64,000 nt of DNA from Thaumarchaeota archaeon UBA223. GTDB lineage: Archaea; Thermoproteota; Nitrososphaeria; Nitrososphaerales; UBA57. Both the position numbers and the translations under genes were made by a program. This document shows, piece after piece, positions 49,143-59,220 of this stretch; positions within the stretch are counted from its first letter, which is position 1; the number at the start of each line of letters is the position of its first letter. The stretch lies in the NCBI GenBank assembly GCA_002495905.1, contig DAHJ01000025.1, positions 21,995 through 85,994 of the forward strand, given 5' to 3'. Under the pieces are notes generated by a model. The model saw only the letters and a program-made list of their open reading frames with translations. It did no database searches and had not been told where the DNA came from.

Positions 49143-51329
49143 ATGAGAAAAACAATAATTTTGATGTTGATATTTTTATTAACTACTTCAATTATATTTC
49201 AATCTAATAATATCAACACAGAAGCAACAAACAATATTGATATTAAAAATATTGAAAGAGAAAAAAGAAATTGGGAGTTTGTAAATCATGATGCATTTGC
49301 TACAAATTATTCGCCACAAGATCAGATCAACACAGAAAATGTTCACATGTTAGAATTGAAATGGACATTTCCATTTCCACCTGCTACAGAATTTTTAAAA
49401 TATCAAGAAGGAGGGATAGCATTCGAAGGTGCAATAACACCGCCATTAATTATAGATGGGGAAGTATTTGTTGCCTCTAATATGAGAAACGTATACTCTT
49501 TTGAAGCTAATTCAGGAGATATGAATTGGATAAATATTTACGAACATAATTGGAATAAAGCAAAACAAGAATTACCTGAAGTTGCAGGAGGAGCACCGCA
49601 CATACATGGTTTACAATATATTGATGGAAACTTATTCACTAGTACTTTAAACTGTGCAGTAGACGCAATTGATGCGAAATCGGGAGAAATATCATTCAGT
49701 ATTCAGGAAATTTGTAAGAACGTTGAAGGTAATTATTATTCTTGGCCTATGTATGAAGGAATTGGAAAATACGGATCGCCTTCTCATCCAGGTCCAATTT
49801 ATGAAGATGAAAATATCTTAGTAGTTGCAATAACAGGAGCTACAGCATCATGGGGAGGAGGAAGAGCATTTATTGATGGATATAATCTCAATGTCAATCC
49901 GCCCGAAAGATTATGGAGGAAATTTCTTGCACCTCCTGGAGAAGGAGATCCAGAATGGGCATTAAGAGAATGTGATAAAGGATGGTTCTTTTCTTATCCA
50001 GAATGGAAAGAATCAGGAAGAATGGGAATCCCTTGTAACGAGGTTCCTAGGGAGAATTTGATAAACGATTGGGGAGTTCCTAAACACTACACGTCTTCAG
50101 TAGCAGCGATTTGGGGACAAATGGCGTTGGATCAGGAAACTGGAATAGTGTACTTTGGAACTGGAAACCAAGGAGGATGGCCAAATCAGACGCATGTAAC
50201 TGGCCCTAATTTATACTCCAGTGCAACGCTAGCAGTTGATGTAAAATCAGGAGAAATTATTTGGTGGTATCAACAAGTAGCAAGAGACATGGTTGAAGGA
50301 GATACATCATGGAACACAGTACTTACAGAATTGAATATCAATGGGGAAAAGAAAAAAGCTATAATAAAATATTCTGTAACGGGTCTTTTATGGGCACTTG
50401 ATGCAGCTACGGGAGAACCATTGTGGATATATGAATCACCAATACTAAAAAGTAGAACTGATTCAGACGGAGTAATCAGAGGCAGGACGTCAGGACATCC
50501 TTGCATAGGATGTGATCCGAGAACACAAGACGGATACTGGAATGATGTAATGAGTCATTACGACATGCAGGAAAAGAAGTGGTTGAATTATCCTTCGAAA
50601 GATTGGTTTTATTGGATTCCTGCAAGAGCTGGAGAAGCAGATATTGCATTAAATACAGATTTAGAAAGAATTTATGTTCCTGTTGCGGGTGGTGTAGATA
50701 AAGCAATAAAAGCAGATAAATATGGAACACTAGGAGTAAGACCTGGACAAGATTACTACATTGATACTTTATCAAAAAATGTAACATTGTATAGTTTAGA
50801 TGCAAACACAGGAGAAGAAATATGGAGTCATTTTATTGATGGAGTAGCTTACAGAGGAGGAGTTATGACGAGCGGAGGAATTGTATTTTTACCTGTTGCA
50901 GATGGAAATCTATATATGTTCAATGCAGAAAATGGAGAAATAATAGATAAAATGTTTCTAGGTAATTCATTAGTTGTTTTACCTACAATTGGTTATACCA
51001 AAGAAGGAGAAGCAAGATTATTTGTAATTAGTGGCGGAAGAGGAGCATATGCAATAGGAGGGATAACGAAACAAAATGTACCAGGAGCTATATATTCATT
51101 CGGTTTACCTGAAGGTTACATTCAACAAGAAGAGAGCATAGAAGAAAGGGTAATTGAAGAAGTTATCGAAGAAAAAATTGAGATAATTGAACAGGAAGAG
51201 TCAGAATCACAGATAAACGAAGAAACAAAAGAACAAGAAAATCAAATAGAACAAGAGAATTATACGATATATTATTTATTGGGAATAATTTTACTAATTG
51301 TTTTAACAGTAATAATTAGAAGACGGTAA
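49143..51329 (+). CDS. PQQ-dependent dehydrogenase-like beta-propeller (paralog 2)
   Basis: Signal peptide, NWE, YSPQ.QIN.ENV..LELKW, blade repeats, GTGN, C-terminal acidic linker, TM and RRR. Confidence 0.87.
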   Translation: MRKTIILMLIFLLTTSIIFQSNNINTEATNNIDIKNIEREKRNWEFVNHDAFATNYSPQDQINTENVHMLELKWTFPFPPATEFLKYQEGGIAFEGAITPPLIIDGEVFVASNMRNVYSFEANSGDMNWINIYEHNWNKAKQELPEVAGGAPHIHGLQYIDGNLFTSTLNCAVDAIDAKSGEISFSIQEICKNVEGNYYSWPMYEGIGKYGSPSHPGPIYEDENILVVAITGATASWGGGRAFIDGYNLNVNPPERLWRKFLAPPGEGDPEWALRECDKGWFFSYPEWKESGRMGIPCNEVPRENLINDWGVPKHYTSSVAAIWGQMALDQETGIVYFGTGNQGGWPNQTHVTGPNLYSSATLAVDVKSGEIIWWYQQVARDMVEGDTSWNTVLTELNINGEKKKAIIKYSVTGLLWALDAATGEPLWIYESPILKSRTDSDGVIRGRTSGHPCIGCDPRTQDGYWNDVMSHYDMQEKKWLNYPSKDWFYWIPARAGEADIALNTDLERIYVPVAGGVDKAIKADKYGTLGVRPGQDYYIDTLSKNVTLYSLDANTGEEIWSHFIDGVAYRGGVMTSGGIVFLPVADGNLYMFNAENGEIIDKMFLGNSLVVLPTIGYTKEGEARLFVISGGRGAYAIGGITKQNVPGAIYSFGLPEGYIQQEESIEERVIEEVIEEKIEIIEQEESESQINEETKEQENQIEQENYTIYYLLGIILLIVLTVIIRRR

Positions 51330-52809
51330 TTAAGAGTGTATAGAAATACAAAGATAATATTTTCAATAATATTTACTGTAATATTATTTCATTCAATTAC
51401 AAATCCAATAATTGAAGGTGTATTCTCAGATGAGAACAATAAAGACAATTGGGAACAAATTAACAATAATGTAAGAGGAACAAATTATTCACCACAAAAT
51501 CAAATCAATGCAGATAATGCTCATATGTTGGAATTGAAATGGGCATTTCCAATACCGCCAGTACAAGAATTCAATGAACAAGGAGTCGCCATAACAGAGG
51601 GATCAATGACTCCGCCTTTGATAATTAATGGCACCGTATATTTTACAACCAACATGAGAGATACTTACGCAATAGATTCGGTAACTGGAAGTTTAAAATG
51701 GATAAGTGTATGGGATTTTGATTGGCAAGAAGGTTATAGAAAATTACCAATAACAGGTGGCGCACTACATGTTCATGGTTTGAATTTAATTAATGGAAAA
51801 TTATTTCCAAGTACAGTTGCATGTTCTATTTTAGCAATAGATCCAGAAAACGGAGAAATTGATTTTGAATTGAATGATACTTGCAGAAATATTGAAGGAA
51901 ATGAGTATAATTGGGATTCTTATACGGGGCCAGGATTATGTGGATTATCTTCGCATCCAGGAATAGAATATGAAAACATCTATGTAACACAAATATGTGG
52001 AGCAGATTCTAATTGGGGAGGAAGAGCATTTATTGATGGATATAATCTCAATGTCAATCCGCCCGAAAGATTATGGAGAACATTCTTATCACCCCCATCA
52101 AGAGGAGATCCAGAATGGGCATTAAGAGAATGTGATAAAGGATGGTTCTTTTCTTATCCAGAATGGAAAGAATCAGGAAGAATGGGAATCCCTTGTAACG
52201 AGGTTCCTAGGGAGAATTTGATAAACGATTGGGGAGTTCCTAAACACTATAATTCAGCAGTGGGTTTGCTATGGGGACAAATGGCGTTGGATCAGGAAAC
52301 TGGAATAGTGTACTTTGGAACTGGAAACCAAGGAGGATGGGTAAATAACACTTACGCAATAGGTCCAAATTTATTTGCGTCTTCAATAGTTGCAATGAAT
52401 GTAACAAATGGAGAATTAATTTGGTGGTATCAAACTGTGCCAAGAGATATGGTACAAGCAGATACTGCTTGGAATACAGTACTAACTGAATTGACGATAA
52501 ACGGGGAAAAGAAAAAAGCTATAATAAAATATTCTGTAACGGGTCTTTTATGGGCACTTGATGCAGCTACGGGAGAACCATTGTGGATATATGAATCAAG
52601 TCTTTTAGAAAGTAGAGTAGGTGAAGACGGTATTCCAAGAGGTAGAACGTCAGGACATCCTTGCATAGGATGTGATCCGAGAACACAAGACGGATACTGG
52701 AATGATGTAATGAGTCATTACGACATGCAGGAAAAGAAGTGGTTGAATTATCCTTCGAAAGATTGGTTTTACATTATACCATTAAGAGCTGGAGAAGCAG
52801 ATATTGCAT
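49857..52809 (+). repeat. Six identical direct-repeat blocks shared by PQQ paralogs 2 and 3 (offset 2160 bp)
   Basis: Line-by-line comparison: 49857-49918, 49943-50089, 50112-50180, 50343-50438, 50487-50611 and 50624-50649 each match the sequence 2160 bp downstream. Confidence 0.9.
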
Positions 52810-53411
52810 ATAATGAAAAAGAAGACATAGTTATATTGCCTTTAAGTCTCGGATGGGATGCAAGTGCAAAAGCAGGGAATCATAAAGGAATAGGAGTACC
52901 TCCAGGAGAATATAATCTGAATTATCCAAAACAAAAACAGAACACAACAATATTAGGAATAGATGCAAATACAGGAGAAGAAATATGGAGTTATTTTATT
53001 GATGGAGTAGCTTACAGAGGAGGAATAATTGCAACAGAAGATTTGGCAATAATTCCAGCGGCAGATGGAAATTTGTACATATTAAATGGATTAACAGGAG
53101 AACTGTTGCATAGAATATTTCTCAATACGCCATTGACAACTCAACCAACAATAGGTAAGAATTCAGATGGCGAATTTCAGATATATGTTATAAATGGAGG
53201 TAGAGGAAGGCAAGAAGTAGGAGGATTAACACATAATCAAATACCTGGATCTGTCATAGCATTGGGATTATCAGAACAGGTAGAAATAGAGGATATTGTT
53301 AAAGAAGATGCTGAAGAAATCGAATCAGCGATATCAGATTCAACTTTTCTTGGAATTATCTTAATTATTATGTTAATTATGGCAGTAATATTATTGCTAA
53401 GAAGAAGGTAA
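51336..53411 (+). CDS. PQQ-dependent dehydrogenase-like beta-propeller (paralog 3)
   Basis: Tandem paralog of 49143 gene with the same architecture. Confidence 0.87.
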   Translation: MYRNTKIIFSIIFTVILFHSITNPIIEGVFSDENNKDNWEQINNNVRGTNYSPQNQINADNAHMLELKWAFPIPPVQEFNEQGVAITEGSMTPPLIINGTVYFTTNMRDTYAIDSVTGSLKWISVWDFDWQEGYRKLPITGGALHVHGLNLINGKLFPSTVACSILAIDPENGEIDFELNDTCRNIEGNEYNWDSYTGPGLCGLSSHPGIEYENIYVTQICGADSNWGGRAFIDGYNLNVNPPERLWRTFLSPPSRGDPEWALRECDKGWFFSYPEWKESGRMGIPCNEVPRENLINDWGVPKHYNSAVGLLWGQMALDQETGIVYFGTGNQGGWVNNTYAIGPNLFASSIVAMNVTNGELIWWYQTVPRDMVQADTAWNTVLTELTINGEKKKAIIKYSVTGLLWALDAATGEPLWIYESSLLESRVGEDGIPRGRTSGHPCIGCDPRTQDGYWNDVMSHYDMQEKKWLNYPSKDWFYIIPLRAGEADIAYNEKEDIVILPLSLGWDASAKAGNHKGIGVPPGEYNLNYPKQKQNTTILGIDANTGEEIWSYFIDGVAYRGGIIATEDLAIIPAADGNLYILNGLTGELLHRIFLNTPLTTQPTIGKNSDGEFQIYVINGGRGRQEVGGLTHNQIPGSVIALGLSEQVEIEDIVKEDAEEIESAISDSTFLGIILIIMLIMAVILLLRRR

Positions 53412-53461
53412 GAACAAATTTTTCACTAAACCTATTAGGGAAGACATGATAAATTTTATTT

Positions 53462-55450
53462 GTGCAGAAAGTAAGCATATTAATTTTTATTTTAATTATT
53501 TCAGCCTTAACTTCATTGAATACTGAAACATTATTTTCAAGTGCGATTGATGATAACGGATTTGATTCAATTGCGCCGAATTATGATTATCGTGCTACAG
53601 GATTCAATCCACAAACTCAAATAAATAAAGAAAATGTCAATAATCTTGAATTAAAATGGGTACACGCATGGCCCTTGCCCGAATCAATAGATGGGATTGA
53701 GCCAAGAGTTGGGTCTATTGCAAATTCCATAATTGTAGATGGAATAGTATACAATAGAATGGAAGATTTGAGAATTTCAGCAATTGATGCAAAAACTGGA
53801 GAAAGTATTTGGTCATTTCAAGCAGACCCATATCTAGTAAATATAGAAATTGCAAAAAGAGAATTACCCGTTAATCTAGATTTTTATCCCTCATTATCTA
53901 GTCATGCACACAGTTTTTCTTTTGCAGAAAATAAAATATTTGCACCATGGCCAAATTGTCAAGTTTTTGGTCTCAATGCAAAAACTGGTGAAATTGAATT
54001 TAGATTAAAGACGCCAACTTGTAAAGATTTAGAAGGAAATGAAGGTTTATTCAAAGGTTTACAATCTTCAGGTCCTGTGTTTGACACTGTCAATCGTATT
54101 TTAATTTACGGAACAGGAGGAAGAGAAGCTGTAGAAGGAGGAAGAGGTGCATTTAGAGGATATGATCTTGATTCAGGAGAATTATTATGGACATTTTATT
54201 TGATGCCCCCGCAAGATGTGGGAGATCCAGAATGGACTATAAGAGTAGCCGATAAAGGTTGGATTCAAGGAATAAGAGCATCCAATATTCCAGAAGATAT
54301 TTTAAGAAATGACTGGGGAAGATGTCCAGAAAATTGTGGATTTGGAAAAGGAGATATGGGAATAGGATGGGGTCAATGGGCAGTAGATGAAGATAATGGA
54401 ATTGCATATTTAGCGACAGGTAATCCATCGCCAAGTTGGAATGCAACATACAGACCAGGGCCAAACGTTTTTAGTAATTCAGTTTTAGCGATAGAAACTA
54501 AAACAGGGAATTTACTGTGGTGGCATCAGATTGTAGCACATGATTTAGGAGACTTAGATTGTTCTTGGAATACAGTATTAGCAGAGATAGATGGAACAAA
54601 AACAGTTTTCAAATTATGTAAAGGAGCTTTTCTTTATGCAATGAATGCAGAAACTGGAGAATTATTATGGAGTACAGATTATCATCCACATGTTAAACGA
54701 GGATCAATAGGTCCAGATCCAAATTTTGATTTGGCATTGGATCCATTGAATAAAGATGATATGAATAAACCATGGGTGTCATATCCTGGCAATGAACCAA
54801 ACTGGAGAAAAGAATCAGGAGGAGCAGAGTCAGATGTTACATTGGCATATGGAAAAGTATTTTCTACAACTTATCATAAATGGTCATTACAAAAGATTAC
54901 ATCAGTAGAGCCATCAATGCGAGATTCATGGGGAAGAATTTCAATGTATTCAGATCAAGAACTTGCATCGAATGCGACAGTATGGGCACATGATGCAAAA
55001 ACTGGAGAACTGATTTGGAAATATGACATAGACAAAGTAGGAATAAGAGGTGGAGTAACTGCTTCAGGAGAGATGATTTGGTTTTGTGACACTGATGGAG
55101 TAATAAGAGCTTTAGATGAGGAAAATGGAAATGTGTTGTGGGAAAGATCTCAAGGTCATCAATGTCCAGTACAACCATCATTTGGAGCTGATAAAGATGG
55201 AAATATCAAGATATTTTCTTTAATAGGGTCAGGAGGAATATTAGGAAGATCAGAACCAATACCTGGGGCGTTACTTGCATATGGATTATCGGGAAACACA
55301 GAAGCAAATGTAAAAAAAGATGTAGAAGTGATTGTTGAAACAGAGATAATAACAGAAGAAATCATAAGTCCAGTTTCATATTTGATACTTGGATTTTCAT
55401 TATTATTGATAATTACTTCGTTATTGATTTTGAGAAAGTCTAAAAATTAA
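53462..55450 (+). CDS. PQQ-dependent dehydrogenase-like beta-propeller (paralog 4)
   Basis: PQTQINKENV.NLELKW, GGREAVEGGRG, ATGNPSPSWN, HDLGDLD, ISPVSY-TM tail. Confidence 0.88.
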   Translation: MQKVSILIFILIISALTSLNTETLFSSAIDDNGFDSIAPNYDYRATGFNPQTQINKENVNNLELKWVHAWPLPESIDGIEPRVGSIANSIIVDGIVYNRMEDLRISAIDAKTGESIWSFQADPYLVNIEIAKRELPVNLDFYPSLSSHAHSFSFAENKIFAPWPNCQVFGLNAKTGEIEFRLKTPTCKDLEGNEGLFKGLQSSGPVFDTVNRILIYGTGGREAVEGGRGAFRGYDLDSGELLWTFYLMPPQDVGDPEWTIRVADKGWIQGIRASNIPEDILRNDWGRCPENCGFGKGDMGIGWGQWAVDEDNGIAYLATGNPSPSWNATYRPGPNVFSNSVLAIETKTGNLLWWHQIVAHDLGDLDCSWNTVLAEIDGTKTVFKLCKGAFLYAMNAETGELLWSTDYHPHVKRGSIGPDPNFDLALDPLNKDDMNKPWVSYPGNEPNWRKESGGAESDVTLAYGKVFSTTYHKWSLQKITSVEPSMRDSWGRISMYSDQELASNATVWAHDAKTGELIWKYDIDKVGIRGGVTASGEMIWFCDTDGVIRALDEENGNVLWERSQGHQCPVQPSFGADKDGNIKIFSLIGSGGILGRSEPIPGALLAYGLSGNTEANVKKDVEVIVETEIITEEIISPVSYLILGFSLLLIITSLLILRKSKN

Positions 55451-55455
55451 ACAGA

Positions 55456-56223
55456 TTAAGGTCGATCAAAGAGTCCAAGTTCTTCGTATGAAATTACTAC
55501 ATTTCTATCTAGTACGCTGAAATCTCCATATTTATACCATTTTAATGGAAATACAGTACCTTCTGCAACTACTTCAGTTTCAAAATTCAAGAAATCCCAT
55601 CGATCGTCAATCATAAGCCATTCACCGTCAGAGAATTCCCATACAGAAATTACATTAACTTCCATACTAAATTCACCAATCAGTTTTCCTTCGCCGTGAT
55701 TATAAAGAGAATGAACTACAGTAGCTTGATCTCCAACAAATGTAACATCATAACTAACGATATTAAGTTCGATTGACATGGTATTTCCAAGAATTGTAGA
55801 AATCAGAATTCGTATATTGTTATATCCTTTGTAACTTCCTGCAAAAGCACCTGCTTGTCCAGTCCATTCAGCATAGGTAGCTTTATCATTAGAATAATAC
55901 TTTAGAGTTTCTCGACTATCTCTGGAACCAAAAGCTTTATGGAAGTCGTCAATTGTAGTTCTAAGTAATTCTTTTTGTGGATGATCACCACTAATAACTT
56001 CTTCAGCTTGAACAACTACTTCAACTTGAACAGGTTCTGCTTCTCCTTCGCGAGGTTCTTCTTGAACAGCAACTTCAACAACTCTAACAGGTTCAGTTAC
56101 AATTTCATTATCAGGAAAAACAGGTAATGTAGGATAAGTAATAATTCCAACGATTCCGACTATTCCTATAAGGAAAAAAACTGCTGCAATCTTAGTTCTA
56201 TCTGATTTAGTTAATGTTGCCAT
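55456..56223 (-). CDS. Membrane-anchored NTF2/SnoaL-like domain protein
   Basis: N-terminal TM, acidic linker, F..AF..RD....YY...A...W...G.Y.G...IR pattern and W..IDD.W end; 2 nt downstream of paralog 5. Confidence 0.65.
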   Translation of the reverse strand: MATLTKSDRTKIAAVFFLIGIVGIVGIITYPTLPVFPDNEIVTEPVRVVEVAVQEEPREGEAEPVQVEVVVQAEEVISGDHPQKELLRTTIDDFHKAFGSRDSRETLKYYSNDKATYAEWTGQAGAFAGSYKGYNNIRILISTILGNTMSIELNIVSYDVTFVGDQATVVHSLYNHGEGKLIGEFSMEVNVISVWEFSDGEWLMIDDRWDFLNFETEVVAEGTVFPLKWYKYGDFSVLDRNVVISYEELGLFDRP

Positions 56224-56225
56224 AA

Positions 56226-58325
56226 CTAACCACTAGCGCCAAATTTCCAGTTTCCACTTGTAATAAACATAGTAGCAGATATTGCTAGTATTATAAATGA
56301 TATAATTACCATAAGATAAGACAATGGACTGATTACTGTTTCGGTTTTAATTGTTTCAATTTCAGTAACTACCTCTTGAACTTGAGATGGAGCAGCTGGA
56401 GCAGCTGGATCTGCAGGAACAACAACTACCTCTTCGGAAATAGCAACAGATGATTCATCTCCTAATCCTAATGCAATCATTGCACCTGGAATTCCTGTTT
56501 GTCCCCAAGATGCAATAGACATACCGCCTGTTTGTACGAATACTTTCATATCTCCTTGACTATCTGCACCAAGTGTAGCTTGTGTCCAAAGACCAATTCC
56601 AAATGAACGTTTTGAAAGAAGTTCGCCAGTTTCAGAGTTCAATAGATACAGCCATCCATCACCGGATGGAACATATACAACTCCACCAGATACAGTTAAA
56701 CCACCTCTAAAACCTGCGCCGTCAATGAAGAATCTCCAAAGTTCTTCTCCGGTATCAGTATCTAAAGCATAAATTGACGAGTTAGTAGGATGACTTGTTG
56801 GAAGCATGACTAATTGATTGCCAAAGTCTTCTGGGTATTCCGGTGAAACAACAGTTACTGGCATGTTATAAGATCCCAAGTATAATCTTTCGCCATCATA
56901 GGCCATATCGGCTTCAAGGATACCAGCAAAATTTGCACTAGTGAATGATGTTTCTCCTACATGAGAAGTAGGCCATGCACGCTGTAAATCATCAATATTT
57001 TTTGGGTCTGGATAGGACATTCCAGGTTGAGGAAGCCAAGCATCTGGAGGATGATATATCCAGAATGGTTCTCCTGTAGCCGCATCGAGTGCGTACATAA
57101 ATCCATTCTTACATCCTTTGAATATAGCTTTCTTGCCTTCTACTTCACCAAGAATTGCATTCCAAGCACAATCGTAATCCCACATATCATGAGGTACGGT
57201 TTGATACCACCAGACAAACTCACCAGTTTTTGCATCAAGTGCTACGATAGCACTGCCATAAAGATTAACTCCAGGTCTTCTTAATGCATTAGGATATGGA
57301 CCACTTTCGCCAGTGCCAAGATAAACAAGACCAGTTTCTTGATCAATTAAATAATGACCCCAAACAGTAGCAACAGAACTAGCAGTATGAACCATTCCAC
57401 GTGAACTTTGTGGATTAATCCAGTCATTTTTAAGATTTTCTTCTGGAACTTCGTTACATGGAACTCCCAATCTACCAGTGTCTAACCACTCAGGAAATGA
57501 AAAGAAATAACCTATATTACAATGATGTAAAGCCCAATCTGGATCTCCTTCAGCAGGTGGCATCAAAAAGGTTTGCCAAATTCGTTTTGGATTATCCATA
57601 TCACTTACATCATAACCTGCAATGAATGAACGTCCTCCGTTACCTGAAGATCCCATAACAGGAACAACCATTATATCTTCATAGAATTGTGGAGGATGAG
57701 TTCCAATACTTGCATAGTAACCTTGATTTCCCCAAGCTTGAGCTTCTTCCTCAGTTCCACACATTTCCATTACGGAGAAAACAACATCTCCTAAAAGAGA
57801 ATCATGTCCGTCAACTTGACATGATTGAAGACTTGGTATAATTATTCCTTTATCATCATAATAATTTACTGCATGAGTGTGAGGTAACATTCCTTTAACA
57901 TGAGGATAGGTTTGTTGTAAAATATCATTATCGTATGCAACAACATTATTCCAGATTAAACTTCCACTAGCAGAATCGACCGCAACTAAAGCTCTTTGGT
58001 TTGTAGCAGAATAAGCTATACCGTCAACAATAAGAACTGGAGAACCTGAACCTGCATATGTCTTAGCGCCACCTATGGTTGGATAAGTAGTTGGAGGATA
58101 AGGATAAATCCATTTCATTTCTAAATTGTCGGCATTATCTCGATTAATTATTGATTGAGGATTATGACTACGGCCGTATTGACCATAATTAATCATGTCC
58201 CAATTGGACATTTCTCGAGTCAATTCTTGGCCAGAAGCAGTAATAGGATTATCGTCAAAATTTAGAGGAAATGCAATAGATGCAATTAATAAAATGAATA
58301 ATACGAATAGTTGAATTTGTCTCAC
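56226..58325 (-). CDS. PQQ-dependent dehydrogenase-like beta-propeller (paralog 5)
   Basis: Signal peptide, blade repeats, HDMWDYD, KNG.MYALDA.TGE, ISPLSY-TM tail. Confidence 0.9.
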   Translation of the reverse strand: MRQIQLFVLFILLIASIAFPLNFDDNPITASGQELTREMSNWDMINYGQYGRSHNPQSIINRDNADNLEMKWIYPYPPTTYPTIGGAKTYAGSGSPVLIVDGIAYSATNQRALVAVDSASGSLIWNNVVAYDNDILQQTYPHVKGMLPHTHAVNYYDDKGIIIPSLQSCQVDGHDSLLGDVVFSVMEMCGTEEEAQAWGNQGYYASIGTHPPQFYEDIMVVPVMGSSGNGGRSFIAGYDVSDMDNPKRIWQTFLMPPAEGDPDWALHHCNIGYFFSFPEWLDTGRLGVPCNEVPEENLKNDWINPQSSRGMVHTASSVATVWGHYLIDQETGLVYLGTGESGPYPNALRRPGVNLYGSAIVALDAKTGEFVWWYQTVPHDMWDYDCAWNAILGEVEGKKAIFKGCKNGFMYALDAATGEPFWIYHPPDAWLPQPGMSYPDPKNIDDLQRAWPTSHVGETSFTSANFAGILEADMAYDGERLYLGSYNMPVTVVSPEYPEDFGNQLVMLPTSHPTNSSIYALDTDTGEELWRFFIDGAGFRGGLTVSGGVVYVPSGDGWLYLLNSETGELLSKRSFGIGLWTQATLGADSQGDMKVFVQTGGMSIASWGQTGIPGAMIALGLGDESSVAISEEVVVVPADPAAPAAPSQVQEVVTEIETIKTETVISPLSYLMVIISFIILAISATMFITSGNWKFGASG

Positions 58326-58469
58326 GAAATGAATTGTTCAAAGTTATTAATATGGTTTTATCAGAAAATTAAAATTTCATATATAAATATGTCTAAAGAT
58401 TGTTCAGATATGGGTATTAACGGAAGTATATCAAAGACTATATATCATGATAATATTTACTAGTAAATA

Positions 58470-59120
58470 TTGGAGTCAAAAAAAGGAAATTTTAATTTTC
58501 CAATCATTATAATTATTTTTGCAGTAGCAATTGGAATACTATTTTTATTCAATACTCCAGCACCTGTAGAACTAAATGTAGAAGAAAATATTGAAGATAT
58601 AGAGGAAAAAGAAGAAAATGTAAAAGAAGAAGATGTAAAAGTAGAAGAAATTGAAATAAATCCAGATATTCCAGTTGTTGAACCTGAGTTGCCAGAAATA
58701 GTAGAAGAAATAATACAAGAAGAAGTAAGAAGAATTAATGAAGATTGTCCATTTGGTAAAGAATTAAGAAGTACACCTGAGAATCCAATGACTTATACTT
58801 GTAAATTAATAACTCTCGAAAATGGGGGACAGTTTGGAGATGTAAGATTGTCAATAAATAATGGAGAGTTTGAGCAGCCAGAGATTCAAGTAAAAAAAGG
58901 TACTACAGTGACATGGGTGATGAGAGATAAAACAGCAGGTGCTGGAGGAGATGTTCCATATCATCAAGTATCTTCAATAGACGGGTTATTTGATTCTGGA
59001 GAATTATTTGTATCAGGGGAGAATAAATTCAGTTATGTATTTGACGAAGTTGGAGAATTCGAATATAATTGTCCGCCACATCCTTGGATGGTTGGCAAAA
59101 TTATTGTCGTAGATGAATAA
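58470..59120 (+). CDS. Membrane-anchored type-1 copper protein (cupredoxin)
   Basis: TM, acidic linker, GTTVTW, YHQV, YNCPPHPWM ligands. Confidence 0.9.
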   Translation: MESKKGNFNFPIIIIIFAVAIGILFLFNTPAPVELNVEENIEDIEEKEENVKEEDVKVEEIEINPDIPVVEPELPEIVEEIIQEEVRRINEDCPFGKELRSTPENPMTYTCKLITLENGGQFGDVRLSINNGEFEQPEIQVKKGTTVTWVMRDKTAGAGGDVPYHQVSSIDGLFDSGELFVSGENKFSYVFDEVGEFEYNCPPHPWMVGKIIVVDE

Positions 59121-59180
59121 TTTTTAAAAAAAAATAAGAAACATACTAAGTATAATTAAGTTATAAAATACATTTTTTGG

Positions 59181-59216
59181 AAAAAAAAGAGTGGTTGTCC
59201 CCGAAGGGACAACTAA
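59181..59216 (-). terminator. Hairpin with cUUCGg loop plus U-tract downstream of PQQ gene 6
   Basis: Minus strand GTTGTCCC-TTCG-GGGACAAC-CACTC-T8. Confidence 0.8.
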
Positions 59217-59220
59217 ATTA

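Noticed and set aside
49857..53025. Repeat pair as a diversity-generating retroelement TR/VR
   Set aside because: Both copies are coding, the differences are not confined to adenines, and no reverse transcriptase is present in the window.
44479..59216. Two hairpin copies as transposon ends, att sites or CRISPR repeats
   Set aside because: There are only two copies, each immediately 3' of a paralogous gene with a U-tract. No transposase, integrase, cas gene or spacer periodicity was seen.
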